A stretch of DNA of 64,000 nucleotides from Cenococcum geophilum. Its lineage: Eukaryota. Both the position numbers and the translations under genes were made by a program. The notes beneath the pieces were generated by a model. The model was not told where the DNA came from. It did no database searches and worked only from the letters and a program-made list of their open reading frames with translations. Shown piece by piece: positions 25,938-39,000 of this stretch. Location of the stretch: the NCBI GenBank assembly GCA_050273025.1, contig CP158635.1:31558001-31622000 (forward strand), in the 5' to 3' direction. The stretch's first letter is position 1; each line of letters opens with the position of its first letter.

Positions 25938-28028
25938 CTAACCCTATTTAATAGTAAGGGATCGCTAACTAAAAAGTAAGAAAAATTTAAAATATAGGAA
26001 ATAAAGATCTAATGCGTTTTCTAGAGGAATATAAAGTGCTTTAAAACCTTAATAGACAAAGTCCTCTATATATTAGATATGCTAATAGATAAGGCTTATA
26101 ACTATATTAAGTATAGCCTTAATATGCTACGTATATACCTAAATAACTTAAGTAAATAAACCTTCTCTAACTAAGAGTCTATATTTAGGTATATAAGAAA
26201 GCACTATAAGACTATAGATATAACCTAAGCAGCTAAAAAAAAGCTAGATATCTTAAGTTAAGGTAAGTATAACTACTAGTCCTAAAAAGCAGAGCTTAAT
26301 AAGTTAATAATTAAAGTAAATAAGACTAAGGAATAAAAAGTGGATCTATTTAAGAAGAATATTTCCTCTAAAATAAAGGACCTAGCCTTTACCCTTAGCC
26401 GTAAAATTAGTAATGCTAACTATAAAGGCTAGAGTAAGTAGATAGATATATTTGCTTATAACCTATAGAACTATACCTACTATGCTAAGCTAAATACCGC
26501 TAAGCTAAGTACCGCTAGCGGCTATTAACCTATATTACTATAGAATAACCTAATAAACCTTAACGCCGTTAAGTTTAGTAGTAGTAGTAATAGTCTCTCT
26601 AATAACGTTTAAAGATATTATATAGATAATAGACTTTATATAGCGTGTAGTTAACCTAGCTATTAGAAAGATGCTTATAACCCTTAAAAGAACCTAAACC
26701 CCCTTTTAATACTACCGCGCTAACCCCCTTTTAGCCGCGGCGGATTCTTTAATAGAGGGGATAGTAATTAAGGCGGTAACTATAGATAAGGACATAGGTT
26801 CAGATATAAAGACCTACCCCTATAATTCCCTTCCCTAATACGGCCTTAGCTAATAGTCCCGTACGCAAACTATAGATAAGTACTCTATACTACTACCAAT
26901 TATAAAACCGGCTATATTATTAGTAAAGTACTCTCTAGTATATATACACCGTTAAAGACTAATATATTAGAATATACTAGCTAAAACTACAGCCACTAGC
27001 TAAGCCCTATAATTTAGCCATTAAAAGGCTAACCCTTAGACTAAGTCGCCTTTAAGGATTAAAACTATACGGAGAGGAGGATAAAAGGATTAGATCTATA
27101 CTACTAGATTAATTAAACCTTATTTTAAGCCAGCTATTACTTAACCTTAAAATAGTAAATAGTAATAGGAATACTATTCTTATTTAAACCTACCTCTTCT
27201 TACCGCGTAACCTACTCCTATAAGTTCTTATTAAAACAGTAAGCCTTATTAATACTAGTAGTATAGTACCAGCGTTTATAGATAAAGACTTACTTATAAA
27301 AAAGCATAATATTATAATAAAAGGACTCCTAGTCCTAAAACCACTTTACTTTACTAATAGACTCTTATCTAAGTTTATTACCCACTACTTTATAGTAATA
27401 ATAATAATTAGCTACTATATAGAATCTATACTCTTCTATATTATAAAGTTATTACCCTCTATACTAGTAATTCTTAAAATACCCTAGCTTAAAAAGCATA
27501 ACCTAAGGGCAGACTTCCCCGCCCTAGAGCTTAAGTTTAACTCTAATTACTATACCTATAACTATCTCCTATAGTATATTCCTAACTATAACCGAGTAGC
27601 ACTATACGGACGCATTATACGGCTAATACTTAAATACCGTTAGCTAATAGTAAAAGAGGTGCCTAATACTAGTAAGCTAATATACGTAGTAAACTAATGT
27701 AAGGGATATTATTGCGAACACCTTAAGTTGCCCTTAGGACAACCCCCAAACGCCCCTTAAATGGTCGCCGGTTACGTGCTAGAGGTATATACCCGTAGTA
27801 TATAGTCTCTACAATCCCAGAGGCCTTACCTCCTTAAGAATTTGTCTCTCTTACCAATCTATTCTATTCTAAAATTATGTCCTTATAGCCCCCTGTCTAT
27901 AAGATCCCCTTATATTTAAATCCTTCCTACTCTTCTTTAGAAGGGTAGTCGGCTTTAAGGACCAGATTGTTTATTTATATCTTTTGTTTACAACTACTAT
28001 CTTCCCTTAAAATCTCGTGATGACCTAA

Positions 28029-31000
28029 ATGGAAACTCCACGGATACCTTATAGAAAGCCGTTACGCAAAGGTAGAAAGGTCCCTTTAATAGCGAGAGAT
28101 TACGACAATATAACCCTCTAGGTAAGATAGCCGAATAAGCCCTAATACCTAGATGCTCTAGGAGCTCGAAGACTCTTATATACCTATAGTCACCGCTAAG
28201 GAAAACGCAGACACCCTCTATAATGGTTATAACGCTACTAAAAAGTAACTAGAACCCCTCTAGCCCTACCTAGGCTAATTAAAAGATTAAGCGCTAAAGG
28301 CAACTTTAAGATCTTCCCTTAAGCTAGAAATGCCAGAGGAATATACTAATATATCTAACTAGGGAACTAACCAGAACCCTCCTAGAAGACCACTAGCCTA
28401 TAATTAGCACAGTGGTGGTATATAAACTGCTTACAAGCTAAGCGGGCCTATCCTTTTAGGTAATTTAAGCTAATTACTAACTTAAGACCCGAGCCTCGTT
28501 GGGAAGCCTATACTAGCTACTAGTACTAATACTACCTCTATAGTAGGAACCTCCCTAAGCCCGAGTTTGGAAGGTTAAGAGCCCTATACTAATCTTCTTT
28601 AAGATAGATATTAGGAAGCTATTATAAGGCTCTTAAAAGCTATACGGAAGGAAGCTACTAATAAATATATTAAAACCCTTTAAGGGTAAATCTAGATCTA
28701 GCAGGGTCTAATCTAAGCTAGGTAAATTCTTTTATAACCTAGTTAAGGCTAAGGGCTTTCTCAGAGCTACTTAGTACCTACCTAAGGAGGTATAGAAGAC
28801 TTAGAGAGTTATTTATACTATAAATGGAAAAAGGATATAAACCGACTAGCTAAGGCCTTTAGTAGTTTAGAACTCCGCTATAGACCTAACGCCCAGTAGT
28901 TAGACGATTAGGTTTATAAGGTAGACAACTTCTTTAAAATACTAATAATATAAGATAATACCAAAGAGCATATATGCTAGATTATTAGTAAGATTAAAGA
29001 CCAATTACTAAACTAGATCGCACTTAATTAGCTTAATAAAGAGCAAATTATTATATAGCTATAGCTGTAAACCTTCCTAAAGAAATGGACTTAAAATCCG
29101 TATATTATATAATATAATAATATAGAGCTATTCTAGAATGGGACACAGCTAAACCACTACAACTTCCACCAGTTTATAAACTTTATAGAAACTTATACTT
29201 AGTAAATAGATTTAGAGCCCTTTAAAAATAAGGACGGTAGCATCTATAAGAAGAAGAAGATTGGGTTTATCTGGGCTAGAATTAAGCTAGCAATTTATAA
29301 CAAAATAAAGCGCGTAGGAGCCCTATTACGGACTACTATATATACGGATTTTAAACAAGCAGTTCTAAACGCTAAAGATATAGTAAGGAACTAGACCTCT
29401 TTTAATAGGAAGCTAAGGGGTTACTAAAAGCGTAGGCACTCTAGTAGTAACGTAGGGCAGACCTAACCTTTAAAGAAGCTATTCTTAAAGAGAACTTTAG
29501 AAGGGTTAAAGTTAGGAACCTTAAATAACGGGAAAGACTTTTAGGGCTAACCTAATACCCGTCTGGCACCTTTATAGGAACACTTTAAGAAGTTAAGAGA
29601 AAACTTTAGAGGTAGATTTTATTAGAAAAATAAGTAAAGCGATAATTATACTAATAATCTAAAAAAAGAAAAGCCTTAGTTATAGACATCTCCTAGCTGC
29701 AACTAGGGCAAGATATAGAAGAAGAGACTCTCCATATTGCTGTTAAGCTAAAAATAACACTTCCTATAGGTAAGGTACGTTAGTTCTAAGCACTATATAA
29801 CAGCGGCGCTGAAATTAATCTTATATAATATAATTTGGTAAAAGAGTATAAACTTATCCTATTGTAAAGGTGGCGGAAACCTATTATAGGCTTTCTAAAT
29901 AAGCATTGGATCAAACTATACAGTGCCCATAAGCTTATAGTATTAGTGGCCGATATATATAACCGCACTAAGGTAGTTAGCCCGTAACCCTTTTAGGCGG
30001 CTAACTTTGTAGGTTATAACCTTATCTTTAGATACCCTTAGCTAGCAAAAGTAAGTCCTAAAATACGCTTTAAGACTAGAGCCTTTAAATAGTGGAATAA
30101 TAAAGATTTAAAAGGGCGTATATTACTAATAAGCCTAAAGGATATCCTAGAGAATATAGCCCTAGGCGAAATAGTATACGCTTTATACCTAAAGGAGTAT
30201 TAGATCTAACCCCTATTTAATAATAAAATAGATATAAAGCCTAGTATAGGTAATAACCCCTCTATAATAAAGACCTTATAGGGAACTGCTAAATAGGTCA
30301 CGGAGATATTATAGGGAGGCGGCGATCTTAAAGATTTTATAAGATACTTTAACCGCTACGGGTTACTCTAGCTTAAGTAATACGCGGAGAGTATACTTTA
30401 ACACCTTAAATATTACGTTAAAGAATTCTCTACCCTTTACTAGCTACTGCATGCAACGGTTTAATATATGGTGGCAACTATATATAAGCAACTACTATAG
30501 CGCATAACGCTACCTATAAGTATCCTAAGGGAGCTCTAGGACCTACCTAATAATAATATAGAGGATAAACGCGACCCTAATTTATTAAATATTTTAGTAG
30601 GCCTAAGGGACCTACTAAGGATATTTTTAGGCAGGAGAGCTAAAGTCCTACCGTAGAACTTAGAGTATAATTATATAATTAATTTAGAAGAAGGCAAACA
30701 ACTACTAAACCTTTTTATCTATAACCTCTTGCGTAAAAAGCTTAAGATCCTATAGGAGTACCTTAATAGCTTACTAGAAAAGGGATAGATCCGGCCTAGT
30801 AAGTTACTAGTAGACGCGCCGATCCTCTTTATCCTAAAACTAGATGGGACTATAAGGCTATACGTAGACTATCGCAGTCTTAATAAGATTACAATTAAGA
30901 ACCGTTACCCACTACTACTAGTTAGTGAAATGCTGGATTAACTATTTAGGGCGAAGATCTTCACGAAGCTAAATCTATAAGACGCCTATTATAGGCTCCG

Positions 31001-34000
31001 TATTAAAGAAGGGGTTAAGTAAAAGACCGCTTTTAAGACCTAATACGGCCACTTTAAGTATCTAGTAATGCCTTTTGGGCTAGCTAATACGCCTATAACA
31101 TTTTAATTATATATTTATAGAGCCTTAGGGGGACTAGGTAACCGCACATATGTTATTTATTTAGATAATATCTTAATCTACTTAGAAGATAAGGATTAAT
31201 ACAAGTAATACGTCCGCAAAGTGCTAGAACGTTTAGATAATTAGGGCCTCTATACTAAGGCGTTAAAGTATATCTTTAATCTTAAGCAGGTTAAGTTTCT
31301 GGGTTATATTATAACGCCTATATATATAGTTATAGACCTAATACAGGTGCAGGCGATTTAGAAGTGGCCGGAGCTAGAGAGCTACTAGAATGTTTAAGTG
31401 CTTCTAGGCTTTGCCAATTTCTATAGGCGCTTTATTTATAACTGCTTAGACGTTACCTAATACTTATCTAACTATATTATAAAAGCTTTTTAAAACCCGA
31501 CCTAAGAAGTAAAAAGCTTAAAGGTAGTAAGAAAGAAAACTAAAAAGGGACTAACTAAATAGTATAAGCTATAGTTATAGCCCAGAAAGGTTTAGGAGGC
31601 CTTTTAGGAACTTCGCGTAAAGTTTATAGAAGCTTTATTGCTGCGGCATTTTAACCTAGATTAGCTATTAATAATAATTACTAATATATCGAATTTTACC
31701 TTTACTGGTATCCTACTGTAACCTAATAGGCATCCGGACGCTACCTAGCTCTATTAAAGACTAGTAGCATTTTATAATAGAAAATTCTAGGGACCTAAAG
31801 TTAGGTATTATACCTACGATAAGGAACTGCTAGCTATAGTTAACTGCTTTAAATAGTAGCGATACTACCTTAAGTACATAAGCCATACTACTTATATACT
31901 CTTAAATTACTATAATCTACGCTACTTTATAACTATAAAGGAGCTTATACCTTAATAAGCTAAATAGGTAGAAGAGCTTATATAATTTAATTTTAAGATT
32001 AAATACAAGCTAGGGGAAAACAACCCCACTAATAGACTGTTATGACGGCCAGATTATACCAAAGGCTTTAAATTAGGAGAAGGAAAAGAGATAATAGATA
32101 TCTTACTCTCTATATTATAGAATAAGCTCTAGGTATAGGATACTTAAGCACCTATAGCTCTATACACTAAGTCTTAGGCGGTATAAGCCCTATTAGTTTC
32201 CACTAACGTTCTAGCTAGTACCTAGTCTATTGCCGATAAGGGTCTAAATATACCTAGACAGGATATCCCTAATATATTCTTAGAACCTAGTAACACACTA
32301 TCCCTAATTACTAAGCTATCCCCTTAAACTAATAGTAAAGCTATAAAGTAATCAGAACTTAAAGCCCTATAATAACTAAAGGACTTTAACCTTATAGCGG
32401 CCTTCCTAACGTATACGTATTAAAGAGTTATAAGATCTATAGTACTATTTAGTCTTATATTTAGAGCAGTATAAAACAAAACAGCTTTTACCTAAAAACT
32501 ATCTAAAAGGTTAATGGACCTTATCCATAAGGTATAATAAAGGGACGCTTTCTATACCATCCTTAATATAAAAGTAGACTAAAAATATAATAAAAAGGAA
32601 GCTGCTAGGCGCTACTATTAGGAACTAGACCTAATAGACCTACTACGTAAAGGTGGTAAGGTTTGGGTACTATAAGAAGTAAATCTATAATAGAAGATTC
32701 TTATAAAGAATTATAATAATCCTCTAGGCGGCCACTATGGTTAAGTAAAAATAGTGGAATTACTTTAGCGTAAATACTATTGGCTAAGGCTTAATCAGGA
32801 AGCAAAGGAGTATATTAGCTATTATAAGAAGTATTAAGTATATAAGATCCGTAGGTATAAGCCATAGGGTCTACTTAAATTAGTTCCCCCCGCTAGTAAG
32901 CTATAGCAATATTACGCTATAGACTTTATTACGGATCTCCCGCTATTTAAAGATGGCTAAGGACAAATATACAATTCGGTCCTTATACTTATTAATAGGT
33001 TTTTAAAGTACGTCTAATACCTTCCTGTTAATAAGACGATTAATATACAAAAGCTCGCCAACCTAATTAAGGAGAAATGCTTTCTTAAAGTAGATTAGCC
33101 ACACTCTATTATTACTAATAGGGGCAGCGTCTTTATAGGCTAATACTGGTTAGACCTATGCTTCTATTTAAAGATAGACTACCGGTATAGTACGGCTTTT
33201 TACCTATAAATGGATGGGCAAACAGAACGCCAGAACTAGGAACTAGAGTCTTACCTATAGATATATTTAAACTACTAGTAAGATAACTAGTGCGAGCTAC
33301 TTCCGTATATAGACTACGCTTACAATTTAAAGTAATATATATTATATAAGTATACACTAATCTAGATTGCCTATAGCGTTTAACTATCTAGGTTTAATAG
33401 TATACCCGATAATTACTAGCTAAGGCCGTATAATTAGTTATAGGATTCTACCGGGAAGTCTAAGGATATCTACTAGAAAGTATAAGGATACCTCTAAGAA
33501 TAGGAGGAGTAATAAAAGTATGCGAAGTAGAGCCTATAAGATGCCTAAGAGCAGCAGAGACTTTGGTATAACCGCAAGCACTAAAATAAGCATTTTAGAG
33601 TAGGCGATAAGGTTCTATTACGTTTAACAAATATTAAGACCTATTAACTATTAAAGAAGCTTAATATAAGATACCTAGGTCCCTTTTAAGTTAAGAAATG
33701 AATTAGTAAGCTAGCTTATTATCTCTAGCTACCCCTATCTATAGCCTATATATATTTAGTGTTTTATATAAACCTACTAGAGCTATAGCATAGACCACTA
33801 CTAGAAAAGAACTTCTGTCTAGGCCTAATTAAACACCCTAAGGTGGTAGGTGAGCGGTATAAGGTTAAAGCTATACTACGCTATAAGTCTATTAAGAACA
33901 AACTTTAATTTAAAGTTAAATAGCTAGGCTAGCCTACTAAGGACTTTATATGGGAATCAGAGGATTACCTTAATTATTATAAAGATATTCTAAAAGAATA

Positions 34001-34095
34001 TTGGGACTAAGGCCCATAATCTATAAGTCGCAGAAAGCGCTTTAATACTATAGTGTCATCGCGACTTATAAAGAAAGCTCGCAAAAAGAGTAAAT
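28029..34095 (+). pseudogene. F gag-pol
   Basis: De-RIP 'ALxDSGAEINL', 'LxVDYRxLN', 'MPFGL', 'YLDDILI', 'DKELLA', 'GGHYG', 'DFITDLP', 'DGQTERQN' and chromodomain 'VKWLGWP...xWE'. Confidence 0.85.
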
Positions 34096-34239
34096 AGATT
34101 AAATCGGATATAGAATAGATAGGCTTCGGAAACTATAGGGATAGGGCTACAGCCTAAGGTAGGACAGGTCCTTAGCCTTTTTATATATATAGCATAGAGT
34201 TAATAGGGCATTTTGCTAGAATTGTATTTCTATTTATTA

Positions 34240-35306
34240 ATTTATACTAGGAATATTGTTTTTAGGGCTTCTAAGCCCTTTCCAAAAGCCTTATAAGGCC
34301 TTTTTAAGCACCTAATCGAGGTCCTCAATTACTACTATATATAAAAACATATCCTAAAAATCTAAACCATAAATGCCCAATCTGAAAAGCTACTACGCCT
34401 TATTATTATTAGGAGTAGGATTAGTATCTATTAGGCTACTAAGTGATGGCTAATAAGAATAGGATCTAGATGCCTTAGTAGGCGTATAAGTAGGCATAAA
34501 AATAGGGGTAGGACGATAAGGTATAGCTAGAGTAGAGACTCTTAAACGCTTAACACTAATATTAGGTCCAAACCAATACCAATAAAGCTCTTGCGGCGTA
34601 AGCTTATAGTTAATAAAGATACGCTTAAGCCTAGAATAAATAGAGACATTAGCTGGCTAGTATAGTCCAGAACTACTAAGACCTTACTATAGTAACTATT
34701 AGTTACCTATCCGCTAGGTACCCAAAGGGTAACCTACCTAATACCGTATTATATTATACTCTTTTAAAACTTAACGCGTATACGCAAACTCCTTTTTATA
34801 GTAGATAGTGACCTTCCTCTTATTACTCCTATCCCGCATCCTATCCTTAGTATACTAACCTTACTCTTATATTAGGCGTTACTAGCTAGCTTACTAGGAA
34901 TTGTAGGTGGTATAGATAGCTATAGCATAGTCTTAAATTCGACTAAGACGTTTAATATTAGCGCTAAAATAAGATAAAGCCTGGGTAATATAGTAGTTAA
35001 AGATATTAAAGGATCGTCGCCACTTAGGCCTAGGCTATTAAAGCTTAAAGTTAGTAATGGAAATCTATTAAGGATAGAAAAGCTTACCTTAACGCAACTA
35101 CCGCTCTTAGTACGTATATATTAATTATAAGGATTAAAGGTATTAGATCTAATGCAGTGCGTCTTATTATAAGCCTCTAGAATCCTATTATTAGATTTCT
35201 AGTCTTTAAAGACGTATAGGCAAAATTATTTAGGCAAGACTAGTACTCGTTATAGGTTAGCGGAGGTTAGGGTTCTATATACAAAGGTAGGGCTAGGATA
35301 CGCTAT
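34240..35306 (-). pseudogene. Antisense accessory ORF of F with a canonical 53-nt intron and Cys-rich exon 1
   Basis: Exon 1 35306-35088 reads 'MAYPSP...FCL...HCIRS..xP(C)xx(C)IRTKSGSCVK'. Intron 35087-35035 is GTAAGC...ACTAAC...TAG. Exon 2 'PRPxWRRSF...' carries only TAA/TAG stops attributable to RIP. Confidence 0.55.
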
Positions 35307-36030
35307 AGAATTTACTTAAAAAAGCAGTTAGTAGGAGAACAAAGAGGTATATTAAATTAATAATGAAAAAGAAGAAAATCTTAATAATATATTAAAGATA
35401 CGTCCAAATTAGACGAAGGTTGATAATGGGAAGTAAGGTATTAAGGAAAAGGATTAAGCTTAATAAGTAAAGTATCTTTATACTTTACCGTTCAATACCC
35501 TTCTAGTAAATAGCCGTAACCTTACTAATATAACTCCGTTACAATAGCGCTATTTAAAAAAAAAAGGAAACACGCGTATAAGTTATTTAACTATTACTTC
35601 CTTATAAAAACTAACTATGCGGCCGGGGGAAGGTAATTAAGACGTTAAATTAAAGACGTATATAGGTTAAATTAGACCTAAAATAATACTATAGTATTAA
35701 AGAACAACGTTATAGACATTTTTAACAATCGTATAATAGCTACAGGTGCTATCGCGAAGAGTCCCTCCTATTTACTAGGTAGTAGAGCTACGCTAAATAT
35801 ATAGCACAGGACTATTAGATTTAAAAGTATATATACTAAACCTTAGGAGATAAGTTTCCTTAATTAACTAATTAATACCTTAACCGCATCTAATAGCCTA
35901 AGGGCAGATATGGAAATAATGCGTTAGTGACGCAGAGGATTATATAAAACGATTATAGATTATATCTTAACAGTTAAAGATAACGGCAAGCCAAGGCCCT
36001 ATACGTTAAATCCTATACTAAAAGGTTCTA

Positions 36031-39000
36031 TATAACGGAACCTTGTAGTAGGAACTACGATGGGCTCGTTATTAGGCTAGGTGTGTAGGTAATATAAGTT
36101 AAAGTTAACAACGTAATAATAACTAGTGGAGTAGTTGCCTAATAGATTAACTCTAATTATATTTTAAGAATTACTATAAGAAAGGAACTATCTAGGTAGG
36201 GACCGAGGGTCCTTAAATACACAACCGTACTCCTATAAAATCCTTCTTATATATAATATACGTATACTCTATCTACTCTATTATAGATTATATAGATTAT
36301 ATAGATTATATAGATTACATTATATAACCTTAGTTACTATTCCACGTTATATAGTTTTATTAGCTCCATCCTAGATAGTACTTATATTAACTAACTAGCT
36401 TCTTCTATCTCTTCTCTAAGTAGTTATAATATCGTACTTAAAGCGTCTATAACACCATCTCCCTCCTCTTTATCTTTATTCTTAAAGATTTAAAATATCT
36501 CTAAGTCGTTTACTAGAGGTATAATATCCGTCTAATTAATTTAGTTAATATTATTGCTTATTATACCTAAAGCAATTTCTTCTTCCTTAACTGCTTGTCG
36601 CATTCGCACTGTCGCTGCGATATTATCTTTTAGTGAGATTATACCGTCTCCGTGTTCTTACTACTTAAAAAAGGGATTAGTTTATATTGCGTTAGCGAAC
36701 CTATCTTTATAATAACTGTTCTCTTACTTAAAGTGCACTAAAGTAAATATTTATTTATCTTATAACGTTCGCTCTGTCTCTAATACTAAATATATATAAC
36801 CTATTACTTTTAATAGTTATCTAGTTCCTTAATTAATTTATCTTAGGGTTTTATATTTAATCTACTACTACGCAGCTAGATAATAAACTGTCTATTACTC
36901 TTACTAAATTACGCCGTTCTTGGGACGCTAAATAGGAGGCTACTAATGCTTAGTAACGGGCTCTTAAATCTCATCTTACGGCGTCCGCTTAGTTAATTCA
37001 TCTTAAGAAGGTACGTAAGAAGGTGCGTTTTAAGGAGTAGAAACTTATAAAATAAGGTCTGCAAGAACTTAGCAATAAAAGAATAGATTCTTCTTTAATA
37101 GAGAAGGAAATAAATCTAAGTAGTTTAGCAACTGCTCTTCTTAAGTCCCCCTTAGGTAACTTATTCTTTAGTAATCCTTTTTTATTAATACTGTTTAACC
37201 TAATCTCTCCTAATACTCCTATACCTTTCCTATAGCGTTCTTTAAATTCTCTAGTAGCTTTTAGGTAGTCTTAGTATAGCCTATCCACTTAACCTTATAC
37301 TATATTTTATTATTAATATCCTTATAACTAACGATCTTTAAAACTTACTATTTATCTTCTTCTTATCCTTTATATGTGTCTACTTCGTAAACTAGTGGCT
37401 TAATATTCCTATATACTAGCTCTAGCATTACGATATACTATATAAGGTAAATCTTTATTTTAGCTAGTAGGTTTAACTTAAATATAACCGGTAAAATCCT
37501 TTATATAATTTTAAAAGGTCCTAGTCTAACGTAGTCTAACTTCTTACTTAGTTGTTAACTCTTAAAATTTTTATATAGTAGCCATACTTTATCTCCCTCC
37601 TTAAGATCTAGTCCCTTAGATCTCTTAGCATTATAGTACCTTTTTATTCTCTTTTATACTTTCTTTACTAATTCCATAAGGTCTATATAAAGATTTATTA
37701 ATATCTTTATTCTTTCTTTAGCTATACTACTCATTTTCTTTACTTACCGTAGTAATAACGATATTCTTAGCTTATATCTATAATTCGCCTTAAATAGTAA
37801 TATACCTATTCCTTTTTAAGGTATTATATTATATGTAAACTATATAACTAGTAATAGCGATACCTAATTATTCTATGCATAATTAATATAATGCCTTAAA
37901 TACTGCTTTAATATTTAATTTAATCTTTCTATCTAACCGTCTGTCTGCGGATAATATGCGGTAAAAGTTACTACTTAAACTTCTTACTCTGCTAAGAATA
38001 CTTCCTAGAATACTACTACGAATCTTAGATCTCTATCTAATATAATTTTACTTAGTGCTCCATATCTTATAAATACTTCTTTAACATAGATTCTAGCGAT
38101 ATCTTCCGCTAAAATTTCTTCTATATATGCTATAAAGTATCCCCACTTTATAAGCTTATCTACTATTACTAAGATTGCGTTATAATCTTATCTGGTAATA
38201 GGATCTCTTAACTTTAGTAACTTAATAATAAAGTCCTATAATATAACCTCCTATAGTCTCTCTAGTGTTTTAATAGGTTATAGCCCTCTATATAGCTTAT
38301 ACCTCGCTAGTTTATTCCTTTAGTAATCTAGATATTCCTTTATAACCTTCCTAGCTATTCTCTAGATTCTATTAATAATGTACTCCTCTTAGAGTCTTAA
38401 CACTAAGCCTATAGCCCTATTATATCCTTAAGCCAATCCTTTATAGAATTCTTCTATAAATTGCTCTGCTATGCTTCTTAGGATATACTTTACTTCTCGG
38501 TTTTCGTATATATCCGTCTATAGATCTTCTAGCTATACTTTTAGAATTCTTTATACCTAAAAGCTTTTTAGTGTCTTATAGACTTTCTCTAGTTCGTTAC
38601 TCTCTTAAGTTACTATAATTTTTAGATAATTATACCTAATTAATCTATCTATATCTTTTTGTAGTAAAGCCCCTAATAGCTTTTTATTACTTTATAGTTT
38701 AGCTTTGCGGCTTAGAGCGTCTACCTGCGTATTATCTATACCCTTAGTATACTAAATCTTAAAATAGTATTCTATAAGCATCTCTGCCCATCTAACCTAT
38801 CTTTAGTTAAGTTCCTTTATTATTAGGAATCCTATTAAGTTCTTATAATCCGTCTTAACTATAAATAGTTTTTCTATACCTTGCAAGAATACTCTTTATT
38901 TCTTTAGTGCTGTAACTATACCTAATAACTCCTTATTATAGATATTATAGTTTAACTCTAGTAGTGTTATCTTCCGACTATAGTATGCCACTAAGTGCTA

